Source of the DNA: Candidatus Bathyarchaeota archaeon
GTDB taxonomy: Archaea; Thermoproteota; Bathyarchaeia; Bathyarchaeales; Bathycorpusculaceae
Assembly: GCA_963782525.1 (NCBI GenBank)
Contig: CAWAKC010000001.1
Coordinates: 192,001 to 256,000 of the forward strand
Direction of reading: 5' to 3'
Length of the DNA: 64,000 bases
Positions within the stretch are counted from its first letter, which is position 1, and each line of letters begins with the position of its first letter. The notes beneath the pieces are model-generated. The model was not told the DNA's origin, searched no databases, and was given only the letters and a program-made list of their open reading frames with translations. The position numbers and the translations under genes are program-made. Positions 9,998-20,372 of the stretch are shown one piece after another.

Positions 9998-10261
9998 TTG
10001 GAAACGGTCTCCTTAGCCTTTGGTTTTTTAGCTGCTTTTTCAGCTTTCTTAGCTACTTTTGCCTCTTTTTCTTCTGTTGGCTGGCGTATTCCCAGTTTCT
10101 TCTCGTTTTCTATAGTTAGTATCTGAGCGATACTTCTGCGTAGTTCCCTTACTCTTGTGGGGTTCTCTACGGCGCCGCCTGCGTTAATCATAGTTCTTAT
10201 ACGTGCAAGCTCGATACGTAAATCCAACAGTTTATTGTCCCTATCCTCTGTTGATAGAGCG

Positions 10262-10281
<20 letters not shown>
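9994..10281 (-). CDS. rpl29: 50S ribosomal protein uL29
   Basis: ELARIR...GGAVENPTRVRELRRSIAQILT. Confidence 0.95.
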
Positions 10282-11068
<787 letters not shown>

Positions 11069-11554
11069 TTATTGCTCTCCTTGAGTCGGTTTCTCTTCCA
11101 AGACAATTTCAACATGCGTTGTTTTATCGAATTTGGGTGAAGCTCTGCCGTGTGCTCTTGGCGTAAAACGCTTAAGTTTTATGCCTTGATATGCTGCTGC
11201 ATGCATTATTTTGAGGCGGTCAATGTCTAAGCTTTTGTTTTCTGCGTTTGCTTGGGCTGCTTCGATTACATGGAGAATTTGTTCAGCAGCTTTTATTGGG
11301 AACCTGCCTACGCAGTGATTTTCCAAACCGCCTTTGTGTCCAAGTTTTTTAGTATATCTTGAGTATGGAACGGCTTTTTTCTTAATCATTACGTCACGTA
11401 AAAACTCTTTAGATTGAACAAGATTCATGCCCTTAACAGCTCTACAGATTTCCCTAGCGGCTTTATGGGATACCTTAAGTTCTCTACCGCTGGCTTTCGC
11501 TGTTTTTTCTGGATTGAGCATTTCTTCAATTATTGAGTATCCCCATTTTGGCAT
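11069..11554 (-). CDS. rpl22: 50S ribosomal protein uL22
   Basis: MPKWGYS...VSHKAAREIC...GRFPIKAA...PRAHGRASP...HVEIVL. Confidence 0.96.
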   Translation of the reverse strand: MPKWGYSIIEEMLNPEKTAKASGRELKVSHKAAREICRAVKGMNLVQSKEFLRDVMIKKKAVPYSRYTKKLGHKGGLENHCVGRFPIKAAEQILHVIEAAQANAENKSLDIDRLKIMHAAAYQGIKLKRFTPRAHGRASPKFDKTTHVEIVLEEKPTQGEQ

Positions 11555-11592
11555 TAATATTTCTCCAGTGCGCATTCAAACACGTAAAAGCA

Positions 11593-11609
11593 ATTTATAT
11601 GGCTTTCCG
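11593..11609 (-). promoter_or_regulatory. BRE/TATA promoter of the r-protein operon
   Basis: CGGAAAGCC-ATATAAAT ~40 nt upstream of the uL22 ATG. Confidence 0.6.
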
Positions 11610-11892
11610 TATCACAACTAAGATTTTACTCTTAACTGACTAAGTGGGTGTTCCTGCGAGGAACTATTCGAACGCGTGAGGTGTACAGTTTTTGGATTAC
11701 GTTTAGGCTTTTATAGTTTGCTCATAAACACCCAGAGAAAACTCTAATTAACCCAAAACTACAACATGAAAAATAGTTTTTAACGTAATTTAATTAATTA
11801 GCAAAATAGCTCTGTTGAGAACCTATAATAAAAGATTAAAAACTAAAAAAAAATTAAACAGAAATAGCCTTTTTTATTATCCAACTTTTTGT

Positions 11893-12021
11893 TCAATTGT
11901 TTTGTTGTGAACGCAACAATCTTTCTTTCAGCCGTCTGTCTCTTTCCTTAATCTCTACACTAATCAAAGGGGCCATCGCTAATGCACTAAGATTCCACTC
12001 GACCTTCCTGATAAAATTCAT
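11893..12021 (-). CDS. Putative 42-aa small protein
   Basis: MNFIRKVEWNLSALAMAPLISVEIKERDRRLKERLLRSQQNN*; GGAG upstream, T-rich tract downstream. Confidence 0.45.
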   Translation of the reverse strand: MNFIRKVEWNLSALAMAPLISVEIKERDRRLKERLLRSQQNN

Positions 12022-12280
12022 AAAATTTTCTCTCCAAAACAATGTTAAGCAAAACTAAGCTTGCTACTTACCAATGAGAGGTTTAATCTATTAAAAACAA
12101 TGCTGTTGCTGCAAAGCTATAACAAGTCATAAGGCAGCGTCAATGTTAAGTTGTTGAGGGCATATTTGATTTTTTCCAACAATATGATTAGCACAACTTT
12201 TTCAGAGATTTTGGCGATGTGTTTATTTTTCACACTTAGGTAGTCTAATTAAGCAATAAACTTGAGGAGACAGCAAATCC

Positions 12281-13345
12281 ATGGATAAAACTGAAAAAAT
12301 CACTATGCTGCACGGTGCGGGCGGCTCAGTCATGCATGACCTTGTCAAAAACTACATCGTAAAATATTTGGGCGGGCTGGGCAACGCAGCTGAGGTACCA
12401 TTGGAAGCCATGGATGACGCTGCTGTCATCGGGGACATAGTCTTCAAAAGCGATTCCCACGCTGTGAAACCTATCTTTTTCCCGGGCGGGGACATTGGGC
12501 GCCTATCGATTTCTGGAACGGTTAATGATATTTCGTGTTTGGGTGCGGAGCCGTATGCGTTGGCTTGTGGGCTCATTTTGGAGGAGGGTTTGTTGCTGTC
12601 AGATTTGGAGAAGATTCTCGGCAGTATGAGGCAGGCTTGCATTGAAGCAAACGTGGGCATAGTTACGGGTGATACTAAGGTGGTGGAGCGCGGAAGTTTA
12701 GGAGGCTGCGTTATGAATGTTTCAGGTATCGGCAAACGCACAGCGGAGCTGGAGAGCAACCTCGCAGTGGTCAGGAAATATCAGGAACTTAAAACCCGAT
12801 GGGCACTCGACTCCAACCTCGTAGTCGGCGACAAAATTATTCTATCAGGCACCATTGGCGACCACGGTTTAGCGGTACTTTCGGCTCAGCAGGGCTTGAA
12901 GTTTGGAAGCGAAATAAAATCTGACGTGAAGCCGCTTAACCGCATGATTCAAAGTTTATTGGGGAAAGTCGGCGGCATCGTCGCCATCAAAGACCCAACC
13001 CGAGGCGGCTTAGCAGACGCTTTAAACGAGTGGACAGAAAAATCCAAAATCGGCGTCCTAATCCAAGAAGACAAAGTTCCAATACGCGATGACGTACAAA
13101 TTGCCTGTGACATGTTGGGTTTGGACCCCTTAGAAGTAGGCAACGAGGGCAAAATCATAATCGGCGTTGTCCCTCAAAAAGCAGAAGAAGCACTCGAATT
13201 CCTAAAACAAACTACGGAAGGCAAAGATGCCCAAATAATCGGCGAAACCACAACCGAATTCAAAGGCGTTGCAATGCAGACGGCTGTGGGTGGCAAAAGA
13301 ATAATCGCAAAACCAATCGGCGACCCAGTGCCCAGAATATGCTAG
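12281..13345 (+). CDS. hypE: Hydrogenase maturation protein HypE
   Basis: HGAGG...PIFFPGGDIG...TGDTKVV...DPTRGG...C-terminal PRIC. Confidence 0.97.
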   Translation: MDKTEKITMLHGAGGSVMHDLVKNYIVKYLGGLGNAAEVPLEAMDDAAVIGDIVFKSDSHAVKPIFFPGGDIGRLSISGTVNDISCLGAEPYALACGLILEEGLLLSDLEKILGSMRQACIEANVGIVTGDTKVVERGSLGGCVMNVSGIGKRTAELESNLAVVRKYQELKTRWALDSNLVVGDKIILSGTIGDHGLAVLSAQQGLKFGSEIKSDVKPLNRMIQSLLGKVGGIVAIKDPTRGGLADALNEWTEKSKIGVLIQEDKVPIRDDVQIACDMLGLDPLEVGNEGKIIIGVVPQKAEEALEFLKQTTEGKDAQIIGETTTEFKGVAMQTAVGGKRIIAKPIGDPVPRIC

Positions 13346-13610
13346 CGTATTTAGCTGCATGCTACAAGCAGTGCCAACATACGATTATATTCTGAAGTTA
13401 ACTAATGGAAATAGGCTTGTATACTCTATATTGCCAAGGGACGGCGCGAGGATAGGAAATAACTGTGATGGGTGGGAAAATCTGCACCAAAATACAGTTG
13501 CACCTTGAAGAACCTCCTCCATATCCACAACCGAACCCCGAACTTAGGAGCCAAGCCCGAACCCGCAAACCCAAGGACCAAGTGAGAACATATTTTCTTA
13601 AGGATATTCT

Positions 13611-14300
13611 ATGAAAGCCGAAGTTATTGATAAGTCAACTTACAGAGATCGCGTTTCGGTATTTAGGGATAGGTTTGAGGCGGGCAAGATTTTGTCTCAA
13701 GAACTCGTAGAGTTTGCAGGTAACAAAGACGTAATCGTATTAGCTGTGCCTGCAGGCGGAGTTCCAGTGGGCTATATTATTGCAAAGATACTTGGTGTCC
13801 CGATGGATGTAGTTGTGGTTAGGAAAGTGCAGGTTCCATGGGCACCTGAAGCTGGGTTCGGCGCAGTAACTTGGGATAACAAAGTTTTCCTAAACGAGAG
13901 GTTGGTTAAGCAGTTAGGCCTCAAAGAACAAGATATACAAACAGCAATAACCGAGACAAAGAAAAACATACAAGACAGGCTGAAGAGGTTTAGAGGAAAC
14001 GTGCCCATGCCCAAATTGGTAGGGAAGACTGTCATCATCGTTGATGACGGCTTAGCCTCAGGGTTCACTATGCTGGCTGCCGAAAGGTCCGTAAGGGATA
14101 GAGCACCACAAAAAATTGTCGTAGCTGTACCCACGGCTTCCTTAGGGGCAATTGAATTGCTTGCTTCCGAAGTTGACCAAATTGTATGCCTTAACATAAG
14201 AAGCGGGTCATTGTTTGCTGTTGCCGACGCCTACCTTAACTGGTATGATTTGACCGATGAAGAGGTCCAAAAGATACTCAAAGAAAGACAGCCAACTTAA
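13611..14300 (+). CDS. Type I phosphoribosyltransferase family protein
   Basis: FRDRFEAG...VPAGGVPV...PRPP-binding loop VIIVDDGLASGFT. Confidence 0.9.
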   Translation: MKAEVIDKSTYRDRVSVFRDRFEAGKILSQELVEFAGNKDVIVLAVPAGGVPVGYIIAKILGVPMDVVVVRKVQVPWAPEAGFGAVTWDNKVFLNERLVKQLGLKEQDIQTAITETKKNIQDRLKRFRGNVPMPKLVGKTVIIVDDGLASGFTMLAAERSVRDRAPQKIVVAVPTASLGAIELLASEVDQIVCLNIRSGSLFAVADAYLNWYDLTDEEVQKILKERQPT

Positions 14301-15388
14301 GGAATATTTGCTGCGACGTTTTTTGCCCAGACGCGGCAAGTGCCTTCGCTGCTGACCATGCATGCGCCAACGGGTTTTGCTGGCGTGCAGGCTTTCATGA
14401 AGAGGGGGCATTCTTTGGGCTTGATTTTTCCGATGATGACGAGGTGGCATTCACAGCCGAAGTTGATGTCTTTGCCTTCTTTGATGTGAACGTTGAATTT
14501 TTCTCTGGCATCAAACTCTTTGAGGGACTCGCGCAACTGCAAGGCGGAGTCAGGTAGTCTACCAATACCGCGCCAATTCCCAGCAGTGACCGTGAAGGCT
14601 TTCCGCATCATTTCCAGCGCTTTAGGGTTACCTTCAGGCTTTACCACCCGCGAATACTCATTCTCCAGCCTAGCGTCACTTTCGCTAACCTGCTTTAGAA
14701 GCATATAAATTGCCATTAGCACGTCGTTGGGCTCAAAGCCAGCCACAACCGTGGGCATCCGATAAACTCTGGTAAATAACTCGTAAGGTTTCAAGCCGAT
14801 TATGGCGCTTACGTGCCCGGGAGCGATGAAGCCGTCAATTTGTAGGTCGCCGACGCCGAGCAGTAGCTCCATGGCTGGAGGTATAAGACGGTGTGAAACT
14901 AAAAAGCTGAAGTTTTTAGGCAAATAGCCAAGTGCTTCCAGAGCCGTGATGGGTGCAGTGGTTTCGAAACCGACGGCGTGAAAAACAAACTGCTTAGTGG
15001 GTTCTTGTTTAGCCATTTCGACGGCGTCGGAGACTGCATAGACGATTCGAACATCAGCGCCAGTTGCTTTGGCTTCTAAAAGCGAGGATTGGCTGCCTGG
15101 CACTCGAAGAACGTCCCCGAAGCACGTTATCACTACGCCTTTTTGGGCTAACTGTACGGCTTCATCGATTTCTGCCGCAGGCACAATACACACTGGACAG
15201 CCCGGACCGGCGATTACCTCAACATTCTCAGGCAATAAGCTCCGCAAACCAAAATGAGTTATTGTCCATTCGTGGGTTCCGCAAACATGGCAAAACTTCA
15301 CCTGCCCCTTCTTCGGCATCACAGCCCTGATTTTTTCAGCGATGCTGTGTGCCAACTCTGGGTTTCGAAACTTCATGTTTTGTGCCAT
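14297..15388 (-). CDS. hypD: Hydrogenase maturation protein HypD
   Basis: VCGTH, GPGCPVC, GFETT, PGHVS, GACMVSSEGTC; start set at MAQNMKF. Confidence 0.97.
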   Translation of the reverse strand: MAQNMKFRNPELAHSIAEKIRAVMPKKGQVKFCHVCGTHEWTITHFGLRSLLPENVEVIAGPGCPVCIVPAAEIDEAVQLAQKGVVITCFGDVLRVPGSQSSLLEAKATGADVRIVYAVSDAVEMAKQEPTKQFVFHAVGFETTAPITALEALGYLPKNFSFLVSHRLIPPAMELLLGVGDLQIDGFIAPGHVSAIIGLKPYELFTRVYRMPTVVAGFEPNDVLMAIYMLLKQVSESDARLENEYSRVVKPEGNPKALEMMRKAFTVTAGNWRGIGRLPDSALQLRESLKEFDAREKFNVHIKEGKDINFGCECHLVIIGKIKPKECPLFMKACTPAKPVGACMVSSEGTCRVWAKNVAANIP

Positions 15389-15405
15389 GTTCTCAACTTG
15401 CCAAC

Positions 15406-15630
15406 TTATTCTCCCGCAGCATCCAAAACTTCGTTCCACAGGCTAAGGGTTTCTAAGGCTTCTTTTTCCTCAAGTACCTGAATGGCATAGCCAGCATGAA
15501 CCAGCACATATTCGCCCACTTTAGCCTCAACAAGCGAAACGTTAACATCTCGTAAGACGCCTTGACCGAAATCGACGTGGGCGGTTGTGCCGTCTAGGCT
15601 CATTATTTTTGCTGGAATTGCTAAACACAT
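15406..15630 (-). CDS. hypC: Hydrogenase chaperone HypC
   Basis: MCLAIPA...VLVHAGYAI. Confidence 0.97.
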   Translation of the reverse strand: MCLAIPAKIMSLDGTTAHVDFGQGVLRDVNVSLVEAKVGEYVLVHAGYAIQVLEEKEALETLSLWNEVLDAAGE

Positions 15631-15680
15631 AAGTATCAGTCTATTAAAGACGCATTGAACGGCGATAAAAACAGATTGGT

Positions 15681-17963
15681 CTAAAACCCTGAAAATCCAG
15701 CGACAACTGCTTGACCAAATGAGATCCCGCCATCACCAGCTGGAACCGATTCGTGCACATAAACCCGTAGCCCCGCAGACTCAACGGCATCACGCAAAAC
15801 CCCGACAAGAATTTGGTTACATGCAGCGCCTCCTGAAAAACCCAAATTTTTAACGCTTTTCTTGTTTGCAGCCCGAATCGCCAGCTCTCCCAAGCCTTTT
15901 GCAAGATAAACGTGGGCTGAGTAAGCTAAATCTGCAGCAGAAACCCTACCTAAACTCTCATAAATTGCCTCAAGCAAGCAGGAAGTATCCAAAACATCGT
16001 CATGAAGCAGGGGTTTTAACTGCAAAGTATCTTTTCCAGCTAAAGCAATGGATTCGAGTTTCATGGCGGGTTCGCCCTCATAAGTACGTTCAAAACAAAT
16101 ACCTAAAACGGCGGCGACAGAATCCAAAACCCGCCCACAACTCGTCGTCTCCATTGTATCTCTGCCGTTTTTGAGTTGGTTTAGGAGGAGTTTGGCTTCG
16201 ATTTTGCTGTGTGGTAGGTAACTGCTGTTTTTTGTTAGCCAGTCTTCAACGTTTAAGCCGGCTTTGTAAAGCATTCCTGCTGCAAGGCGGACGGGGTAGC
16301 GGCTGGCTAAGTCGCCTCCGAGCAGCGGCTGAGCTTCCAGATGTCCAAGGCGTTTGAAATCCGGTGATTCGCGCGTGCAGAATAGAACTTCTCCACCCCA
16401 AGCTCCGCCATCGATGCCATAGCCGTATCCATCGCAAACAACCGTGACGGCTTCATCCAACCCATGCTCCGCCATCAAACCAGCGGCATGGGCATGATGA
16501 TGCTGCACCTGAATCAACCTTGAACCTTCGACTTCAGCCATCTCCTTAGCCAGCAATGTTGTGGTGAATTTGGGATGCAAATCGCAAGCCACCACTTCGC
16601 TATGGCAGTTGGTTAAGTGCTGGAGGTGACTTGTTGCCTCTTGAAGAAAGCTGCGGGTTTCGATGTTTTCAACGTCGCCTATGTGTTGGCTAATGAAGGC
16701 TTTATCATCGAGCAGTATGCAGGAAGTGTTGTTTAGTTCACCGCCCAACGCCACCACGCAGCGGCTGGATTTTTGCTTAAGCCTTATGGGAGCTGGAGCG
16801 TAGCCGCGGCTTCGACGCAGGAAAACCTGGTGGTTGCCATGGACTCGCATGACTGAGTCGTCGCATCGGTGGGCAATTTGCCGGTTGTGAAACAGGAAAT
16901 AATCGACTGTGCCGCCGAGGATTTTTAGGGCTGCCTCGTTGTCCTTCACTATGGGCTGGTTGGGTGGGTTAGCGCTTGTCATCACGAACGCTGAGTCATT
17001 AACTTTGTCGAAGAGCATGTAATGCAAGCCTGTGTAGGGCAGCATGACTCCGATATTATGCAGGTGTGGCGCAACCAGCGGCGAGAGGTTGTAGCGGGTG
17101 TTTTTAGTGAGCAAGACAACTGGGCGTGCAGGGGAGGTCAGTAGGTCTTTTTCCTTCGAATCCACTTCGGCAAACTCTTTTGCTGCATCTAGGCTTCTTG
17201 CCATGATGGCGAATGGTTTTTCGCGTCGATGCTTCGTGGCTCGAAGCCGTTCTAAGGGGCCTTCTTTGAGGGTTGAAGCTGCTATGTGAAATCCGCCATA
17301 GCCCTTTACTGCAAGAACATTGCCTTCTGTGAGCAAATTTCCCGCCAACCGCACGGGGTCTTGAGTTTGGACTGACTCACCTGTGTTGGTTGTCAAGTAG
17401 GCTTTAGGTCCACAGGTTGGACACGCTACCGTTTGTGCATGAAAACGCCGATTCGCTGGGTCCTCATACTCTTTTTTGCAGAAGCCACAGAGCGGAAACT
17501 CTTTCAGGGTAGTGTTTTCTCGGTCGTAGGGCAAGCGTTCGATTACGGTGAATCGGGGTCCGCAGTCAGTACAAGTGATGAAGAAGTATTCAAAACGGGG
17601 GTCGTTGGGGTCTCTGAGCTCCTTTAAGCATTGGGTACAGATGGCTATGTCGGGAGGTATGATTGAACCTGAGGTTTCGACTTCTTGGGAGCTCTTGAAA
17701 ATCGTGAAGGTTTGATGTTGGTTTTTTCCTGAAAGTTCGGTGCAACTAATTTTTTCAATTTGGGCTAACGGAGGCTTCTCGTCAGTTAAACCCACCATAA
17801 AACGGTCAACACAAAGCGAGTCGCCTTCAAGAAGAATTTCAACGCCTGCATCGCCCCTGTTGCGGGCGTACCCTGCCAAACCATTTCGCACAGCTAAACG
17901 GTAGATGAAAGGGCGAAACCCCACACCTTGAACAATTCCCATAACGTTGATTTTTACTCGCAC
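15681..17963 (-). CDS. hypF: Carbamoyltransferase HypF
   Basis: GIVQGVGFRPF, CxxC zinc fingers, RRFHAQ, QHHHAH, DGGISFGQ. Confidence 0.97.
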   Translation of the reverse strand: MRVKINVMGIVQGVGFRPFIYRLAVRNGLAGYARNRGDAGVEILLEGDSLCVDRFMVGLTDEKPPLAQIEKISCTELSGKNQHQTFTIFKSSQEVETSGSIIPPDIAICTQCLKELRDPNDPRFEYFFITCTDCGPRFTVIERLPYDRENTTLKEFPLCGFCKKEYEDPANRRFHAQTVACPTCGPKAYLTTNTGESVQTQDPVRLAGNLLTEGNVLAVKGYGGFHIAASTLKEGPLERLRATKHRREKPFAIMARSLDAAKEFAEVDSKEKDLLTSPARPVVLLTKNTRYNLSPLVAPHLHNIGVMLPYTGLHYMLFDKVNDSAFVMTSANPPNQPIVKDNEAALKILGGTVDYFLFHNRQIAHRCDDSVMRVHGNHQVFLRRSRGYAPAPIRLKQKSSRCVVALGGELNNTSCILLDDKAFISQHIGDVENIETRSFLQEATSHLQHLTNCHSEVVACDLHPKFTTTLLAKEMAEVEGSRLIQVQHHHAHAAGLMAEHGLDEAVTVVCDGYGYGIDGGAWGGEVLFCTRESPDFKRLGHLEAQPLLGGDLASRYPVRLAAGMLYKAGLNVEDWLTKNSSYLPHSKIEAKLLLNQLKNGRDTMETTSCGRVLDSVAAVLGICFERTYEGEPAMKLESIALAGKDTLQLKPLLHDDVLDTSCLLEAIYESLGRVSAADLAYSAHVYLAKGLGELAIRAANKKSVKNLGFSGGAACNQILVGVLRDAVESAGLRVYVHESVPAGDGGISFGQAVVAGFSGF

Positions 17964-18062
17964 AACAGGAGCCTTAACTTAATTCATGCTCGAGGTTTTC
18001 TCTTATACATTTCGAAACATTTTCGGCAAAATTTAAACCAGACAATTTTGCATTTTACGGAT

Positions 18063-18272
18063 ATGAAATGGGTTACGTTTACCGTTGCTTTTGTCCTGAC
18101 CGTAGTCTTAGTCATTGGTGGCATAATGGCATATCCTGAGGTTTTGGGAAAAGCAGCAACCGCCAACAACGACTTTGTCTTTGAGCTCTTCCTGGGGCCA
18201 TTTGTGGTTTTGCTGTTTTTTGCTTGGGTCGGCGAAAAATTGGTTCTTAGAGTTTGGAAGAAAGAAGAGTAG
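18063..18272 (+). CDS. Small two-helix membrane protein
   Basis: MKWVTFTVAFVLTVVLVIGG...LFLGPFVVLLFFAWV; TTTAAA ~30 nt upstream. Confidence 0.65.
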   Translation: MKWVTFTVAFVLTVVLVIGGIMAYPEVLGKAATANNDFVFELFLGPFVVLLFFAWVGEKLVLRVWKKEE

Positions 18273-19889
18273 TCATGGTTTTTCTTGCAGTAGTCGCTTC
18301 AATACTTTTCCGGCGGGGTTGAGAGGTAGTTCTTTTCTGAATTCTACTTCTCGGATTGCTTTGTAATGGGCAACTTTGTTATTAATAAAAATTAAGATTT
18401 CCTCTGCTGACACCGTTGCTTTCTCTTTGAGGACTATGTAGGCTTTAGGCACTTCACCTGCCATTTGGTCGGGTTTTCCGACAACCGCACAGAGTTTCAC
18501 TGCAGGATGCTCGTAAAGGATGTCTTCGAGTTCTCTTGCGTAAACACTGTAGTCTTTGGTTTTTATGAGGTCTTTTTTGCGGTCGGTTATGTAGAAGTAG
18601 CCATCGCTGTCCATTCGTGCGATGTCCCCGGTGAGAAGCCACCCATCCCTAAGCACCTGAGCTGTTTCTTCGGGTCGGCGCCAATACCCCTTCATAACCT
18701 GCGAACCCTTCACTTCTAACTCGCCCGTTTCACCCTGCCTAAGGGGTTTACCTGTTTCTAAATCAACTATTCGCGCGTCGGTATCGGGCAGGGGCAACCC
18801 GATGGAACCAACCTTAACAGTTTTCATTGACGAATCCACTGGCGTGCAATGCGTCACCGGCGAAGCTTCAGTTAACCCGTAGCCTTCTGCGAGGAACCCA
18901 CCCGTGACCTTCATGAATTTTTTCTGAACTTGCGGCGGTAGAGAAGAAGCACCCGAAATACACACGCGAATAGAGGTTAAGTCATATTTGCCCAATTCTG
19001 GGTTGGCAATCAGTGCCGAGTACATGGTTGGGACGCCACAGAAAACAGTGACTGTTTGTTTTTGAACGGTTTCTAAAATCTTGGTTGGCTCAAATTTCGG
19101 AGCCAACACCATTTTTGCGCCCAAACTAATGGGCACGGTCATGCTGGTGGTCATGCCGTAGATGTGGAAAAGGGGGAGTGCTGTTAGGAACGTTTCTTGG
19201 GCTGGGTTGCCCTTTATCCAAGCGGCGAATGCAAGGGCGTTTGAGACAAGGTTGCTGTGGGTCAGCATGGCACCTTTTGCTGTCCCAGTTGTGCCGCCTG
19301 TGTATTGAAGAGCAGCCAAATCCGCCGTTGGATTAACTTTGAGTTTTGGAGCTGTTTTTGGGTTGCTTTCAAGCAACTGTGATAGAATTAGGGTGTTTGG
19401 ATAATTTAGAGAAGGCGCATTTTCGTCTAACATAGTAATTATTAGATGTTTAAGCTGGGTTTTTTCTCTAACTTTCTCGATAATCGGATAAAGAGAATCT
19501 AACGCAACGATAATTTGGGCTTCTGAATCGCAGAGCTGGTACTCGACTTCGCGCTCCCGATGCAGAGGACTAATCGCTGTCACAACTGCGCCTGCCTTGA
19601 GGACCCCAAAATAACCGATTAAGAACTGTGGAATGTTGGGCAAGAAAAGCGCCACACGGTCGCCCTTTGCAACACCCAAGTTTGTTAGTGCATTGGCGAA
19701 CTGATTTGAAAGCAAATCCAGTTTCACATAAGAGATTTCGCAAGCGCCGTAAACGATGGCTGTCTTATTGGGATATGTCTCGGCTGTTTTCTGCAAGAGC
19801 CCTTGGAGAGGAACAGCAGGATACCTTATGGTCTTAGGCACATCTGCAGGCCACGCTTTAAACCAGGGCTTACGGTCAGCAACCATCAC
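18273..19889 (-). CDS. Long-chain fatty acid-CoA ligase (AMP-binding)
   Basis: YTGGTTGTAKG, EGYGLTE, TGDIA, DRKKDLI, GKVLKR. Confidence 0.94.
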   Translation of the reverse strand: MMVADRKPWFKAWPADVPKTIRYPAVPLQGLLQKTAETYPNKTAIVYGACEISYVKLDLLSNQFANALTNLGVAKGDRVALFLPNIPQFLIGYFGVLKAGAVVTAISPLHREREVEYQLCDSEAQIIVALDSLYPIIEKVREKTQLKHLIITMLDENAPSLNYPNTLILSQLLESNPKTAPKLKVNPTADLAALQYTGGTTGTAKGAMLTHSNLVSNALAFAAWIKGNPAQETFLTALPLFHIYGMTTSMTVPISLGAKMVLAPKFEPTKILETVQKQTVTVFCGVPTMYSALIANPELGKYDLTSIRVCISGASSLPPQVQKKFMKVTGGFLAEGYGLTEASPVTHCTPVDSSMKTVKVGSIGLPLPDTDARIVDLETGKPLRQGETGELEVKGSQVMKGYWRRPEETAQVLRDGWLLTGDIARMDSDGYFYITDRKKDLIKTKDYSVYARELEDILYEHPAVKLCAVVGKPDQMAGEVPKAYIVLKEKATVSAEEILIFINNKVAHYKAIREVEFRKELPLNPAGKVLKRLLQEKP

Positions 19890-19933
19890 ATCAAGCCAAC
19901 ATGTCCCAAATAAGCAAGTGCGTATTTAAAAAG

Positions 19934-20043
19934 TGGTGCCGGGGACGGGATTCGAGCCCGCGACTTCTGGGCATAGGGCGATTGGCCCCTTTTGCACTCC
20001 AGATTATGAGTCTGGCGCCCTAGCCAGGCTAGGCTACCCCGGC
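19934..20043 (-). tRNA. tRNA-Met(CAT), elongator type, with 32-nt intron at 45/46 and encoded CCA
   Basis: GCCGGGG/CCCCGGC acceptor, CCAGA-CTCATAA-TCTGG anticodon arm, GCGGG/CCCGT T arm; 78 nt after splicing; G1-C72 and no triple G-C anticodon stem, so not initiator. Confidence 0.92.
19965..19996 (-). other. tRNA intron with relaxed bulge-helix-bulge motif
   Basis: Central helix CTGG/CCAG with bulges AG|T and AA|G; excision restores variable loop AGGTC. Confidence 0.88.
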
Positions 20044-20249
20044 AATTAACCACCGAATTTTCTAGCCGTGTCTTTTTAGTCTGTTTTCCTTCATTTAAAC
20101 TTTTAAATAGTAATTGCCAAGATGTAACCATTGAAATAACAATTAAAAAACAACTCCAATATCATGATGCCAAAAAAGAAAGAATCACTAACAACAACAG
20201 GCATAACTAATAATTCATTGCACAATTTTCATTAATTTTTTGTGCAGAG

Positions 20250-20372
20250 TCAACGGATGTATTCTTTTCGTTTATTTTGGGTTTCTTTCGCGTTGGCTAT
20301 TAAAGCAGCTTCAAACATAATTGCATCGACGTCGCCGAAGGTTTGCTTTATTGCAACTTTCATTTGAGTCAA
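20250..20372 (-). CDS. Putative 40-aa small protein
   Basis: TTG start after GAGG; MTQMKVAIKQTFGDVDAIMFEAALIANAKETQNKRKEYIR*. Confidence 0.45.
   Translation of the reverse strand: MTQMKVAIKQTFGDVDAIMFEAALIANAKETQNKRKEYIR

Noticed and set aside
13405-13614. Possible decayed small Cys/Pro-rich gene between hypE and the PRTase (MGGKICTK...EEPPPYPQPNPE)
   Set aside because: Fragments lie in different frames and no family was recognised; insufficient support
19934-20043. Initiator tRNA-Met or tRNA-Ile2(CAT)
   Set aside because: No A1-U72 or triple G-C anticodon stem; the GCC 5' end fits elongator Met better than the GGG-type Ile acceptor
19886-20131. 81-aa ORF over the tRNA
   Set aside because: Coincides with the tRNA gene
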